From assembly GCA_965226885.1 (NCBI GenBank), contig CBDDEL010000016.1, positions 192,001-256,000 on the forward strand: a stretch of 64,000 nt of DNA. Reading direction: 5' to 3'. A program made the translations under genes and the position numbers. Numbering within the stretch: position 1 is the first letter of the stretch; every line of letters begins with the position of its first letter. The notes under the pieces were generated by a model. The model had not been told where the DNA came from and made no database searches. It was given only the letters and a program-made list of their open reading frames with translations. Shown here piece after piece: positions 31,230 through 42,602 of this stretch. The stretch is from Opitutales bacterium. Lineage in GTDB: Bacteria; Verrucomicrobiota; Verrucomicrobiia; Opitutales; UBA2987.

Positions 31230-32090
31230 GTGTTCGAGCAAATTACCATTCTCGCGCCGGGTCTGCTGGGGGCTTCCTTGGCGGCGGCGGTAAAAGACCG
31301 GCAATTAGCCAGACAAACGGTTATCTGGGCCCGGCGGGCGGAAACACGGATTGCCTGCTCGGACAAATCCTGGTGCGACGCGGTAGCGGCTTCCCCGCAG
31401 GAAGCGGTGGACGAGGCAGATCTGGTGGTGGTTTGCAGCCCGGTGGAAACTATCCACCCTCTGGTCGTGGGCATCGCCCCTCATTTAAAAGACGGCGCCC
31501 TTGTTACGGACGTTGGCAGCACCAAGAGCCTGATAGCCCGTTACTGCCACACGGTCATGCCAAAAGGCAGGCAATTCATCGGCTCCCACCCCATGGCCGG
31601 TTCTGAAAAAAGCGGCCTGGCCCATGCCCGCAAGGACCTCTTTCGCGGAAAAACTTGTTTTGTCACTCCTCTTGTCGATAGCGACGAGCAAGCCGTGGAA
31701 ACCATTCTCAATTTCTGGAAAGACCTGGATATGGAAGTCGCTTCAGTTTCCCCAGAAAGGCATGACGAAATTGTGGCCCACATCAGCCACCTGCCTCATG
31801 TGCTGGCTTCCGTCCTCTGTTCTTTTCTATCGACCAAAGATTCCGGCTGGCTTAATTTTGCCGGCAACGGTTTGCGGGACAGCACGCGCGTGGCGGCTGG
31901 CAGCCCGGCCATTTGGAAATCGATATTTGAGCAGAATCGGGAGGAGATCGCACGGGCCATCGACCAGTTTGAGAACGAATTGCAGTCTCTCAAATCGGCC
32001 ATCGTCAACGGCCAGTCTTTTGACATCCTCAACCATCTCGAACGCGGCAAAGCCTATCGGGAACGCCTCCGACCGACGGTAAAGGACTGA
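31230..32090 (+). CDS. tyrA: Prephenate/arogenate dehydrogenase
   Basis: GLLGAS, TDVGSTK, GSHPMAGSEKSG, HD...A..SHLPH, RD.TRVA. Confidence 0.93.
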   Translation: MFEQITILAPGLLGASLAAAVKDRQLARQTVIWARRAETRIACSDKSWCDAVAASPQEAVDEADLVVVCSPVETIHPLVVGIAPHLKDGALVTDVGSTKSLIARYCHTVMPKGRQFIGSHPMAGSEKSGLAHARKDLFRGKTCFVTPLVDSDEQAVETILNFWKDLDMEVASVSPERHDEIVAHISHLPHVLASVLCSFLSTKDSGWLNFAGNGLRDSTRVAAGSPAIWKSIFEQNREEIARAIDQFENELQSLKSAIVNGQSFDILNHLERGKAYRERLRPTVKD

Positions 32091-32188
32091 ACCCGATCCC
32101 CTGTAAAAATGACTAGGGTTCATCAAGACCATTTGGCTCAATTGAAGTGTTTACCGCGCTTGGGTGAATGCGGTAATCTGACCATATA

Positions 32189-33526
32189 TTGATTGATCCA
32201 TATTCCATAAAACCCTTCACCAGCCCTCCCCGTGGCATGGTCGAGCTGCCCGGTTCCAAAAGCATCACCAACCGGGCGCTCCTATTGGCCGCCCTGTGTT
32301 CCGACCGGATTACCCTGGAAAACGCACTCTTCAGCAGGGATACCCAATTAATGATAAAGGCGCTTATGTCGCTGGGTTTCGCTCTGGCAGCAGACGATGA
32401 AACAGGGACGATTACAGTGCGGGGACAGGGAGGCGATATTCCCACCGCCAAAGCCTCTGTCGATGTCGGCAACGCCGGGACCGCGGCCCGATTCCTGACC
32501 GCCTTTCTCTGCCTCAAAATAGGCGGTCGTTATCGCCTCGATGGCGATCCGGCCATGCGCCAGCGCCCCATGAGCGGGCTTCTCGACTCCCTCAGGCAGC
32601 AGGGAGCGGAAATCGCCTTTGAGGGCTGTTCGGGGCATTTCCCTTTTACTCTTTCCACCAATGGCTTAGGTGGCGGAGTTTTTGAAGTCGATGCCGCCGC
32701 CAGCAGTCAGATCTTGTCGGCCCTGCTCATGACGGCGCCTTTGGCCGTGAAAAACACACGTCTTCAATTAACCGGGGACACGGTCTCACGACCCTTCATT
32801 GAAATGACGGTCCGGATGATGCGCCAATTCGGTTATCAAATTTCATCGGATGGCAATCGTTTTGACATCGGCGCTGACCAGTCCCCGGTTTTACCGGATT
32901 TAAATTATGTCATTGAGCCGGATGCCACCGCGGCCAGTTATTTTTTGGCTCTTCCCCTCGCCACAGGAGGCCGGGTGATTCTAAAAAATTTGGGCAAAGA
33001 CAAATTCCTGCAGGGAGATATCGCATTTAAAGATGTCATTTCCCGGGCCGGACTGTCGGTCCTTGCAGAGTCCGGCAACCTGGTTGCGGAGCGCCGGCAA
33101 GCATCTCCCAAACTAGGGTTGCGGGCCGATTTCAATGCCATCTCGGACACTTTTTTGACTCTGGCCGCCCTGTCGCCTTTATTGGAAGGGAAAACACGCA
33201 TAACCGGCATCGGCCATACCAGGCTCCAGGAGACGGACCGCATTTCCGCCATGGCCAGGGAATTGAAAAAACTCGGGCAAGAGGTGGTGGAGGAAAAGGA
33301 CAGCCTTGAAATCGAGCCCAATCGGACTGCTCTGCTCGAAACTGCCCGGCAAGGGGTCCGCATCGAGACATATGATGACCACCGCATCGCCATGAGCTTC
33401 AGTATTCTCGGATGCGCCGATATATTGGAGAATGGGCAAAACTGGTTAAAAATCGGTAATCCTTCTTGCGTAGAGAAGACTTTTCCCCAATTTTTCAAAC
33501 ATCTGGAGGGGCTTCGAGCACCCTAA
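32189..33526 (+). CDS. aroA: EPSP synthase
   Basis: PGSKSITNR, GNAGTAARF, SSQ, ETDRI, TYDDHRIAM, KTFP. Confidence 0.96.
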   Translation: MIDPYSIKPFTSPPRGMVELPGSKSITNRALLLAALCSDRITLENALFSRDTQLMIKALMSLGFALAADDETGTITVRGQGGDIPTAKASVDVGNAGTAARFLTAFLCLKIGGRYRLDGDPAMRQRPMSGLLDSLRQQGAEIAFEGCSGHFPFTLSTNGLGGGVFEVDAAASSQILSALLMTAPLAVKNTRLQLTGDTVSRPFIEMTVRMMRQFGYQISSDGNRFDIGADQSPVLPDLNYVIEPDATAASYFLALPLATGGRVILKNLGKDKFLQGDIAFKDVISRAGLSVLAESGNLVAERRQASPKLGLRADFNAISDTFLTLAALSPLLEGKTRITGIGHTRLQETDRISAMARELKKLGQEVVEEKDSLEIEPNRTALLETARQGVRIETYDDHRIAMSFSILGCADILENGQNWLKIGNPSCVEKTFPQFFKHLEGLRAP

Positions 33527-33540
33527 AGCATTTTTGCAGC

Positions 33541-34212
33541 ATGAGTTCGGGAAAATTTTTAACCATCGCGGTGGATGGGGGAGCCGCCACGGGTAAGTCC
33601 ACCACCTCCCGCGCCGTGGCGGAGCGATTCAACCTCCTCCATGTCGATAGCGGAATCCATTACAGGGCCCTCACCTTGCTCTTCCTCAATCTAAGCAGCA
33701 ATTCCGGCGGCAATGACTCCATTACCGACTTCCTCTATAAAATCAAGTTCGGCACCACCCTGTCGGGACGTTCCGCATTGATAAAAGTCAACGGCGATGT
33801 CCCCAGCGATAAGGCGCTGCGCGGCCCCGATGTCAACGCCATGGTCTCCCACCTTGCAGCCATGCCCAAGTTGAGGCAATTGCTCAAAGCCTACCAGCGT
33901 ACTTTGCCCGATTTCGCCCGGGAGCACGATTTCGAAGGGATGATCATGGAGGGCCGCGATATTGGAACGGTCATTTTTCCCCAGGCCGATTTTAAATTTT
34001 TTCTCCAGGCGGACGAGAAAACGAGGGCAAAAAGAAGAGCCGACGAGGGCATCCAGGACTCCATCGCTAAACGCGACAAAATTGATTCGAGCCGAAAAGT
34101 TGCTCCCCTTGCCTGCGCCCAGGACGCCGAAACCATAGACAACTCCAGCCTCACCGCCGACCAGGTGGTGGACAAAATTTGCGCCATCGTCGAAAATAGA
34201 GCCAGCCCGTAA
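33541..34212 (+). CDS. cmk: Cytidylate kinase
   Basis: IAVDGGAATGKST, DSG..YR, MEGRDIGTVIFP, RD..DS.R. Confidence 0.93.
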   Translation: MSSGKFLTIAVDGGAATGKSTTSRAVAERFNLLHVDSGIHYRALTLLFLNLSSNSGGNDSITDFLYKIKFGTTLSGRSALIKVNGDVPSDKALRGPDVNAMVSHLAAMPKLRQLLKAYQRTLPDFAREHDFEGMIMEGRDIGTVIFPQADFKFFLQADEKTRAKRRADEGIQDSIAKRDKIDSSRKVAPLACAQDAETIDNSSLTADQVVDKICAIVENRASP

Positions 34213-34268
34213 TTCGCCCTTCCAGTTAGCTCTTGACTTCGCCTCTCCCGCTTAAAACCTTCTCCCTT

Positions 34269-34871
34269 ATGCAATTGGTGTGCCTTGACCTGGAGGGCGT
34301 TCTCCTGCCAGAGATCTGGATTGCGGTGGCCCGCAAGACGGGTTTGCCGGAACTGGAACGCACCACGCGGGATGAGCCCGATTACGACAAATTGATGCGT
34401 TACCGCCTCGATATCTTGAAACGGGAAGGCATCGGCATCCGGGAAATCCATGAAGTAATCGGAACCATGCAACCACTCCCCGGCGCAATCGAGTTCACCG
34501 CGTGGCTGGAATCCCGCGTCCCGCTGGTTATATTGTCGGACACCTTTGCCCAATTTCCGCAACCCCTCATGGCGCATCTCGGGCACCCCACCCTTTTTTG
34601 TCATGAATTGATAGTGGGAACCAACGGCACGATTGACGGCTACAAATTACGGCTCAAGGACCACAAAAGAAAAACGGTCAAAGCATTTAAAGACCTCAAT
34701 TTCGAAATCATCGCAGCCGGGGACTCCTACAACGACCTAACCATGCTACAAGAAGCCGACCACGGCATCCTCTTCCGCCCCCCCGAAAAAATGAAAACCG
34801 AATACCCCAATTTCCCCGTCGCCGAGGACCACGCGGCCCTGCGGGAGCAAATCGAACGCAGACTATCCTGA
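34269..34871 (+). CDS. thrH: Phosphoserine phosphatase / homoserine phosphotransferase
   Basis: CLDLEGVL.PEIW, TTRDEPDYD.LM, AAGDSYND. Confidence 0.93.
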   Translation: MQLVCLDLEGVLLPEIWIAVARKTGLPELERTTRDEPDYDKLMRYRLDILKREGIGIREIHEVIGTMQPLPGAIEFTAWLESRVPLVILSDTFAQFPQPLMAHLGHPTLFCHELIVGTNGTIDGYKLRLKDHKRKTVKAFKDLNFEIIAAGDSYNDLTMLQEADHGILFRPPEKMKTEYPNFPVAEDHAALREQIERRLS

Positions 34872-35072
34872 GAAGCGGGGAACCATTCTGAAATTCTGGC
34901 TCTTCCAGGTCTTGGGCGAGGGTTTTCTTTACCGCGTCGTCAATCCGGTAAGGCAATAAAAAGGTTTTGGCTTGGCCTTGGGTAAAAACCGAAGTCTCAC
35001 CAGCAAATTCACTCCTCCACAGCCGGAGAGGCTGGTCGGGTCGTTGTTGTTTTTATTTGCATATTGGGTTAG

Positions 35073-36639
35073 CCCGGATATTTCGTAAAAAAAGTATCGT
35101 TGATATGCTTAACTGCTGATATACAGCAGGATAGATCAATAATTAAAGCAATATCAGCGATGACAAAAGGTAAACAATTAAAGCTACAGTTGACAAGGGT
35201 AAAAGGCCGCCGTGTGCGGGTTGATTTCAAGGGCGGAGAGGTTACTTCGGATGCCGGACTGCTTTTGATCCGGGAAGTGGATCGGCAGTTGGGCTTGACC
35301 GAACGAGCGGCCCGACAGTTAGTGGACAAACGGCAGAAGGGCAAAGTACGCCATGAGGTATTGGGGATGCTGCGGCAGCGCGTTTACGGGCTGGTGGCGG
35401 GCTATGAGGATTTGAACGACTTTGATACCCTGCGCCACGATCCATTGTTGCAAACGGTAACGGGGCGCATTGAAACGTTGGCCAGCGCGCCGACTTTGTG
35501 TCGTTTTGAAAACGGGCAGGATCGGCGGGCAGCCTTTGCGGTAAACGAGCTGTTGGTCGAACAGTTCATGGGCTCCTTTGCCGAGGAACCCGAAGAGATC
35601 ATCCTGGACTTTGACGCCACCGACAATCCGGTGCACGGGCTCCAGGAGGGACGTTTTTTCCACGGTTATTATGATCATTACTGTTTTCTGCCGCTATATG
35701 TTTTTTGCGGTGATCAGCTGCTGGTGGCCTACCTGCGGCCGAGCAAGATCGATGCCAGCAAGCATGCCGGGGCCATCCTCAAATTGCTGGTTAAACGGAT
35801 TCGCCAAAGCTGGCCCCGTACGCGGATTATTTGGCGCGCCGACAGTGGATTTTGTCGAGACCGGATACTCTCTTGGTGCGACCGCAACGAAGTTAGTTAC
35901 ATCGTGGGGATGGCTCGCAATGCACGCTTGCAGCAAGACGCCCAGCAGTTGCAAAAGCAGGCCAAAGAATGGTTCGAACTAAGGGGTAAAAAACAACGGT
36001 TATTCCAGGACTTCGTCTATGCTGCCGATTCGTGGCGATGGCTGCGGTTGGTCATCCATAAAGCCGAACACACCGCACAGGGGTCCAACCCGCGCTTCGT
36101 GGTGACGAACCTGCCGGGCGATCCCCAGGAGCTTTACGACAAGGTATACTGTGGCCGCGGTGAAATGGAGAACCGAATCAAGGAACAGATGCAATTGTTC
36201 AGCGAGCGCACCAGCGCCCATCAATGGTGGGCCAATCAGTGGCGATTGCTCTTGTCGGCGCTGGCCTACACCTTGATGGAAGCCATGCGCCGGTTAGCCT
36301 TAAAAGGGACGAAGTGGGCGCGGGCCCAATGCCACACCCTGCGGCTCAAATTAATCAAGATCGGAGCGGTCATCGTGCGCAACACCCGAACGATTCACTT
36401 TCACCTAAGTGAGAGTTATCCTTGGGCCAGTCTTTTCAACCATGCGGCCCGCCGATTGGTGCCAACCTAAAGGGTGCATTGGTGCTGCCCCCGGCACTAC
36501 CGAACCAATGGGGGAAAGGGGGCAGTGTCTCTACACCCTGAAAAACACCTAAAAATCAAGACGATCTGCTCAAAATACAAAGAAATCCATCTCCAATAGC
36601 AATAACGAGCCAAACTTTACCCTTCATGAAATATCCGGG
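35073..36639 (+). mobile_element. IS1380-family element (transposase about 35160-36470)
   Basis: IRs CCCGGATATTTC / GAAATATCCGGG; TSDAG, GYEDLND, LDFDATD, HG.QEG, RADSGF, RGEMENRIKE; flanks TTAG vs CTAG differ. Confidence 0.92.
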
Positions 36640-38261
36640 CTAGGCCGCCGCTTTGGTTTTTAGTTCGTCTTGCTGGGCCAGCATCTTGGCTACTTTCCAT
36701 AGGTTGTGCGAGAGTACCGACCAGGCTACGCTGATCGAGCGGTTGGCAAAGCCTTTGCTGCGCAACCGCCCGGCCTGCCAGCGATTCTTCAATACCCCGA
36801 TCCGCCCTTCGGTGCTGGCCCGGCGCTTTTGCAATTGTCTGAACAGTGGTTCCTCCATCCGTTTTTTCAACTGCTTCGGATCGCGTGGACAGAGCGCGTC
36901 GTAGATTCCCTCCTGGGCTAACTGCCGGCGGGCCCGCTGGGAGGCAAATCCCCGGTCCGCGCACATGGCCGCTATGGGTTCTTCCAGGTTGAAGCGGTTC
37001 TGTCTTTGCAAACTCTCTTGCATTTGTTCATTTTCGCTTGGAGTTCGGCTGCCGTAGAGTTTCCAGTCCAGCAGGTACCCTTCAACGCTTTCTCCCAAAA
37101 ACAGGGTGTTGCCGAACTCGACCTCTTGGCCCGCTTTACCTCGCACAATCACCTGCCCATCGAGTTCGTAAACACTCAAGACTTTCTCTGCGTTTTTCAC
37201 CTGGCGGCCGCCAATGATCCGCTCGTGCGCCTGTTTGATGACCACCGGGATTTGCTCGCTCATGCGCTCCATCCGGGCGAGGATCTGTTGGACCTGTTTT
37301 TCGCTGTAATCGCTTTGCTCCCAGCAGGCTTGCAATAATTCCCGGTGACTGCGGGCATGCTCCCCGATCCGTTTGAGCAGCTTTTTCATCTGCCTCAAGA
37401 TACCCTTGCGCTGCCGCGCGCTGTCCTTTCGCCGCCGGCTGTGGGTCATCTGTATGCACAGCCGATTCATCTGCCGAGCCAAGGGCTCCGGTTCGATCGG
37501 CATGCGATGGCGCAAACCGGCCTTCTCGCGGATCAGCCGGATCGCTTTGAGCAACGTGCCGGCTACATCCTTGAGTAATACCCAGTCCGTCGGCCAATGA
37601 ATGTTAGCCTCCAAACAGGTGCCGTCGATCAGGCAAATGGTGGTGTCAATCGGCTTGTCCAATCCCACCTGCCGGGCCAGAAGGGCATCGCCCACCACCT
37701 CAGTCAAGGTCCGGTGCAAGGCCCTCAACTGCTCTTCGCTGAAAAACTTCGAGGCCCGCTCCAGGGTGCTTTTGGAGATGCCCCTGATGCCATCGATCTG
37801 CCGGACACGGCAAAAGTCGGCCAACAGATCGCTGCTGCCCAGAGCCCGCGACAAATGCCGAAACGAAATCCCTCCGAGCAGACGGCCCAGCGTATCCATG
37901 CGCAGTGCCTTGATGGCAAAACTGGCCCGCTGCCGCCGGGCCTTTAGACCCATTGGCGGCCACCCCTCCAAGGCCAGCTCAATGGCCTGCGATTCCACCT
38001 CCGAGTCGATCAGCAGCCGATCGATTCGATCAATGGTGGCGCGGAAGTTATCGTAATCGAGGCACCGGTCGACCACAGTTAAAGCTGGACGCAGGAGGCA
38101 TTGGATGGCTATATTTTTCATAGAAAGGGCTATATTGATTTTCGCTAACTCAATTATAGAACCCTTTTTTGGCCGGATCGAGCAAAAACTTGCTCTTTCC
38201 GGCTCTTTTTATCAACGTCATCCAGTTGACTATAAAATCTTTATATTTTTGGGACAGCCTC
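36640..38261 (-). mobile_element. IS5-like element, copy 2 (intact 493-aa transposase 36640-38121; downstream IR lost at the IS1380 junction)
   Basis: Near-identical to 4887-6515; IR TTTTGGGACAGCCTC at 38247-38261 followed by TA. Confidence 0.9.
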
Positions 38262-38880
38262 TAAATAGTGGTTACAAGTTGTCTTTTGCTGCAATTACAA
38301 AACCGACGAGTATAGATAAGAGGAGCGGAAAATTATTCCAGATAGACAACCGTGATAATGAGAGCAATCCCATCCTTCTAAAACCTCATGGGTCCCTCAA
38401 TTGGTATGCAAAAACAGTAAAGCAGGATGTGGTGCTTTCTCAACTTAGCCCTACTCACAAAATTAATTGTACCAGGCGCAAAAAATTGGACATGAAAATG
38501 CATTTCACCACCAAAAATAAGAGTGGAAGAACTAAGTGGTACACGTGGCCAATAATCGTTCCACCTATACTTGAGAAAGGTTCATTTCTCGGTAATGCGC
38601 TTGATAGCGTTTGGGACGCGGCATGGAATTCTCTAATAGAGGAGAGGCGGACCGGATAATTATCTACGGATATTCATTTCCAAAAGCCGATGTTCAAAGT
38701 CTAACATTTTTTAAACGCGCGGCGACTCAAATGAAGAATAAACCCCTATTGGTATCTATTAATCCAGACCTCACTGCTGCACAACGTGCCGCTGATATAT
38801 TTTCACCACAGGCCCAGTTAGTATGTGAGAGCGTCCGCACATATCTTTCGGATAGAATCAAAGGTGGAATGGTCATATAA
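38262..38880 (+). pseudogene. SIR2-like (SIR2_2) domain protein remnant; 5' truncated by IS5, frameshifted by AGAGG duplication at 38638-38647
   Basis: LKPHGSLNW, IIVPP..EK, W..A...L.EAD, IYGYSFP.AD motifs; AT-rich. Confidence 0.75.
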
Positions 38881-39072
38881 CAAAGAAAATTCAATAGAGG
38901 CCATGTCGGTCTTTTGATGTTTTGGAGCTTTAATGCAACTTACTTACGCGAACGGGACAGCCATCGGCCTTTGATTTATTAATGCGATCAATCCATATGC
39001 AAAAACACCGACCATTGATCGGTCTCTCTGGTTGTGGAGGTGAGATTTCAGTTTCTTTTTGGAAATTAGCTG

Positions 39073-39092
39073 GAGGCTGTCCCAAAAGGGTG
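39073..39092. mobile_element. Orphan end of a third IS5-like copy, cut by IS3
   Basis: GAGGCTGTCCCAAAAGGGTG matches 4692-4711 at 19/20 and abuts the IS3 end. Confidence 0.8.
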
Positions 39093-40420
39093 TGACGTGT
39101 ACTGGATTTGTTGGACACGGGATTCTCTTATATTCATTGTTTATTGATTAGTGTGTCAGGCGGCTTGTTTTGGTAAAGGGTTTTGTTTTCTCGTTGCCCC
39201 CCATGGGGGGCAAATATTTTCCTCGAATTGGACTGGGCTTTGGTAACTCAGAGAGGAATGTTTGCGATATCGGTTGTAGAAGATTTCCACGTATTCGAAG
39301 ACAGTTGATCGCAGTTCGCGCTCGTCGGCAAAGTGGCGGCCTCGAATCGTGCTGGTCTTGAAGCGGCCGTAGAACGATTCCATGGCCGCGTTGTCGTAGC
39401 AGTTGCCTTGGGCGCTCATGCTCGGCTTCATGCCTAGTTCAGAGACCAGCCTCTGATAGTCGTCGCTGGCGTAGGGGCTGCCCCGATCGCTGTGATGAAT
39501 AATCCCGGTGCGCAGTGTGCCGCGGGTCATGGCCGCGGCTTTGAGGGCCTTGCCAACCAGCTTCGCGTCGTTGTGGTTGGAAACGCTCCAGCCCAGCAGG
39601 CGTCGGCTGAACAGGTCCATCACCGTGGCCAAGTACATCCAACCGGCCAGGGTCCGTAGGTAGGTCGTGTCCGCCACCCAGACCTCGTCGATATGGGTCG
39701 GCTGGCCATGCTTTTTAAGCACATTGGGGCTGTAACCATAGGGATGGTTACTGTTGGTTTTTAATGGCTTAAAGCGTTTACTCTGGGTGCTTTTGATTCC
39801 CATTTCACGCATCAGACGCAGAGCCCGGTCACGGCCGCAATCGATGCCCTCATCATCCTTCAGATGGCGGTGCATTGGCCGATGCCCATAGCGGCCCTTG
39901 GCCTCTTTGTGTACCTTCAGGATCGCCCCCTTGATTCCCTCGTCCTCGATCCGCCGGGCCGAGGGCGCTCGGGGCCTCCAGCAGTAATAGCCACTGCGAC
40001 AAATCCCCATCGCCGAGCATATTTCCTCGATCTTGAAGCGCCCCTCGTTGTCTTTGACAAACTGGTACTTCATTGTTCGTCCTTGGCAAAGTAGCCCACC
40101 GTTTTTTTTAGTATCTGGTTGATCCGCTCCGAGCGGCGCAGCTCTTTGCGAAGACGATCTATCTCGGCCGCCATCTCCTTCGGACTGCTCTGTCGCTTTG
40201 AGGTGGCTTCGCCCTGCTGATCGTCCAGATAGAGCCTCTTCCACCTATACAATTGGTTGGTGTTGACCCCAAGTTTGGTCGATACCTCGGTGGCGCTCAG
40301 ACCATCGAGTATCATCAGTTGAACTGCCTCATTTTTGAACTCTATACTAAAGCGTCTTCTTCCCATGCTTCGATTCTCCATTTAGGAGAATCTCGTGTCC
40401 ACTTTTTCCAGTGCACATCA
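39093..40420 (-). mobile_element. IS3-family element, copy 2 (orfA 40070-40381, orfB intact)
   Basis: Inverted near-identical copy of 13213-14538; flanks GTG/TTT give no DR. Confidence 0.93.
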
Positions 40421-41093
40421 TTTTGTTGGCTCGCAGCGCAGTGATCTTCACGGAATCTTTCAAACTATCAGAGCCATATTCCTTCATTTCCTTGTTCTGC
40501 CGTCGAATCAATCTGTTCGTTCCTTTCAGTAGATACTCCAAAGATGACTCACGAAGCTCGAAATCGTGGACGACGAGGGAATGAAGAATTAGTTCGCTAA
40601 GCAGGTGCGTTCTAGAGTCTTCGTGTCCAGACCATTGAATGCGGTAACAAAGAATCGTTATCGCCTTCAGCTCATTCAGTAGTTCTGCCCCTGTTGAAAG
40701 AAATGAGGAATAAGAATAATTTTGAAAGGTCTTTTCTATAGCTGTTTGCTGATGTTCGTAGGTGATAAAATCAAGGAGTTCTTTGATTGAGACCCAATCG
40801 GTTACATCAAGCCGTTCTCTAATCCATGACGTATAGTCAGCCGCTGGCATCAAAGAGGAAGACGAGTAAAAAGGATCTAGGAATGGATGCTCTGGGTGCG
40901 AGATTGGCTGAATAGTAGTCCACAGTGATTCAAGTGCAGGCGAACGGAACGTTGCCTTCCCTGGCTCCCGCCCAGATAATTCTACAGTAATTGTATTTTC
41001 AGGTGCAGAAATGGGTGGCGGCACTGGCACTACCGGAGGAGTTGCTTGTTCAACGCGTTTGTTTTGTCCGAAAAATCGCTTTAACCAATGCAT
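40421..41093 (-). pseudogene. Hypothetical protein (MHWLKRFFG...) truncated at its 3' end by IS3
   Basis: Open frame of about 224 codons running into the IS3 IR; no family recognised. Confidence 0.55.
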
Positions 41094-41102
41094 TTTCTTT
41101 GA

Positions 41103-41135
41103 GTCGAACGACAAGGTGAGCGTTCTGTGTTCGAC
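41103..41135 (-). other. Shortened attC-like integron recombination site
   Basis: Minus strand GTCGAAC-acagaac-GCTCACCTTGTC-GTTCGAC, then 9 nt to ATG; shorter than functional attC sites. Confidence 0.35.
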
Positions 41136-41172
41136 CGCGATGGTTATACATGAACGGGTTAATAAAACGTGT

Positions 41173-42561
41173 TTATAGGGCCGGGAGGCTTTTTCCGATT
41201 CCGTAAACGTCGAAGCCGATTTGGCGGAGTTGGGCCAGGTCGAGCAGGTTGCGGCCGTCGAAAATGAAGGCGGGTTTTCGCATGGAGTGGTAGATTCGTT
41301 CGTAATCGAGTTTGGTAAACTCATCCCATTCCGTTAGAATGGCGATTGCGTGGGCGCCTTGGGCGGCGGCGTAGGGGTCCTCCGCAATCTCGATGGTGGC
41401 GTCTTTGTATTTGCCGTCCGCGCTGATGCTCCCATTGAGGTCCCGGAAAATTTGCTCGTTCGGAACCTGGGGATCGTAAATGGCAAGGTTGGCCTGTTCT
41501 TCCAGCATGTCGCGGCAGACGTAAATGGCGGGGGATTCGCGCGTGTCGTTGGTGTCTTTTTTAAAGGCGAACCCGAAGATGGCAATGCGTTTGCCCGAAA
41601 CCGTGTTGAATAGCTTGTTGACTATGCTTCGGGAAAACCGCGTCTTTTGATAATCGTTCATGGAAACGACTTTAAGCCAGTAGTCAGCCACATCGGGAAG
41701 CCCGAAGACCTCGCACAGGTAAACCAGATTGAGAATATCTTTCTGGAAGCAGGAACCGCCAAACCCGACTGAGGAGCGCAGGAATTTGGGACCGATCCTG
41801 GTGTCTTTACCAATGGCTCCGGCTACTTCATCGACATCCGCGCCAGTGGCCTCGCAAAGGGCCGATATGGAATTGATGGAGGAGATGCGTTGCGCCAGAA
41901 AGGCGTTGGCGACCAATTTTGACAGTTCGGAGGACCACAGGTTTGTCGTTAATATCTTTTCCCGCGGAATCCAATGGGCATAAATTGCGGCCAGGGATTC
42001 GACCGCTTTTTGCCCCGCCTCCGTATCCTCGCCGCCGATGAGCACCCGATCCGGGTTTTCCAGGTCGTGAATGCCGGTTCCCTCGGCCAGAAATTCGGGG
42101 TTGGAGAGGACTTGAAAATTAACGCCCGTGTCCGATTCGTCCAAAATGCGTTTAATGACGTCGGCAGTGCGCACCGGAACGGTCGATTTTTCGACGATGA
42201 TTTTATCGCTTTTGGCCACCTTGGCAATTTGCCGGGCGCATCGCTCCACGTATTTAAGGTCGGCCGCGCGCCCACTGCCAACCCCGTAGGTTTTCGTCGG
42301 TGTGGGCACACTGACGAAAATGATTTCAGCATTCTCAATGCCGGAATCCACATCCGTGGAATAAAAGAGATTTTTCCCCCGCACCTGCCGAACGATCTCG
42401 CTCAATCCCGGCTCGAATACGGGAAGGTTGTCGGAGTTCCAGGCGGCAATCCGATCGGCGTCGATATCGACTGCCGTTACCGTGATGTGAGGGCATTTGT
42501 GAGCGATTACGGCCATCGTCGGCCCACCGACATAACCAGCTCCTATACAGCAAATATTCAT
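41173..42561 (-). CDS. ugd: UDP-glucose 6-dehydrogenase
   Basis: [51 protein letters not shown]. Confidence 0.96.
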   Translation of the reverse strand: MNICCIGAGYVGGPTMAVIAHKCPHITVTAVDIDADRIAAWNSDNLPVFEPGLSEIVRQVRGKNLFYSTDVDSGIENAEIIFVSVPTPTKTYGVGSGRAADLKYVERCARQIAKVAKSDKIIVEKSTVPVRTADVIKRILDESDTGVNFQVLSNPEFLAEGTGIHDLENPDRVLIGGEDTEAGQKAVESLAAIYAHWIPREKILTTNLWSSELSKLVANAFLAQRISSINSISALCEATGADVDEVAGAIGKDTRIGPKFLRSSVGFGGSCFQKDILNLVYLCEVFGLPDVADYWLKVVSMNDYQKTRFSRSIVNKLFNTVSGKRIAIFGFAFKKDTNDTRESPAIYVCRDMLEEQANLAIYDPQVPNEQIFRDLNGSISADGKYKDATIEIAEDPYAAAQGAHAIAILTEWDEFTKLDYERIYHSMRKPAFIFDGRNLLDLAQLRQIGFDVYGIGKSLPAL

Positions 42562-42602
42562 TTTAATTTTTAAAGGGATAAGATGGAAATTATTCTCAGT
42601 TT

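Noticed and set aside
34875..35068. Minus-strand gene fragment left of IS1380
   Set aside because: Short open frame with no recognisable motif; cannot support a call
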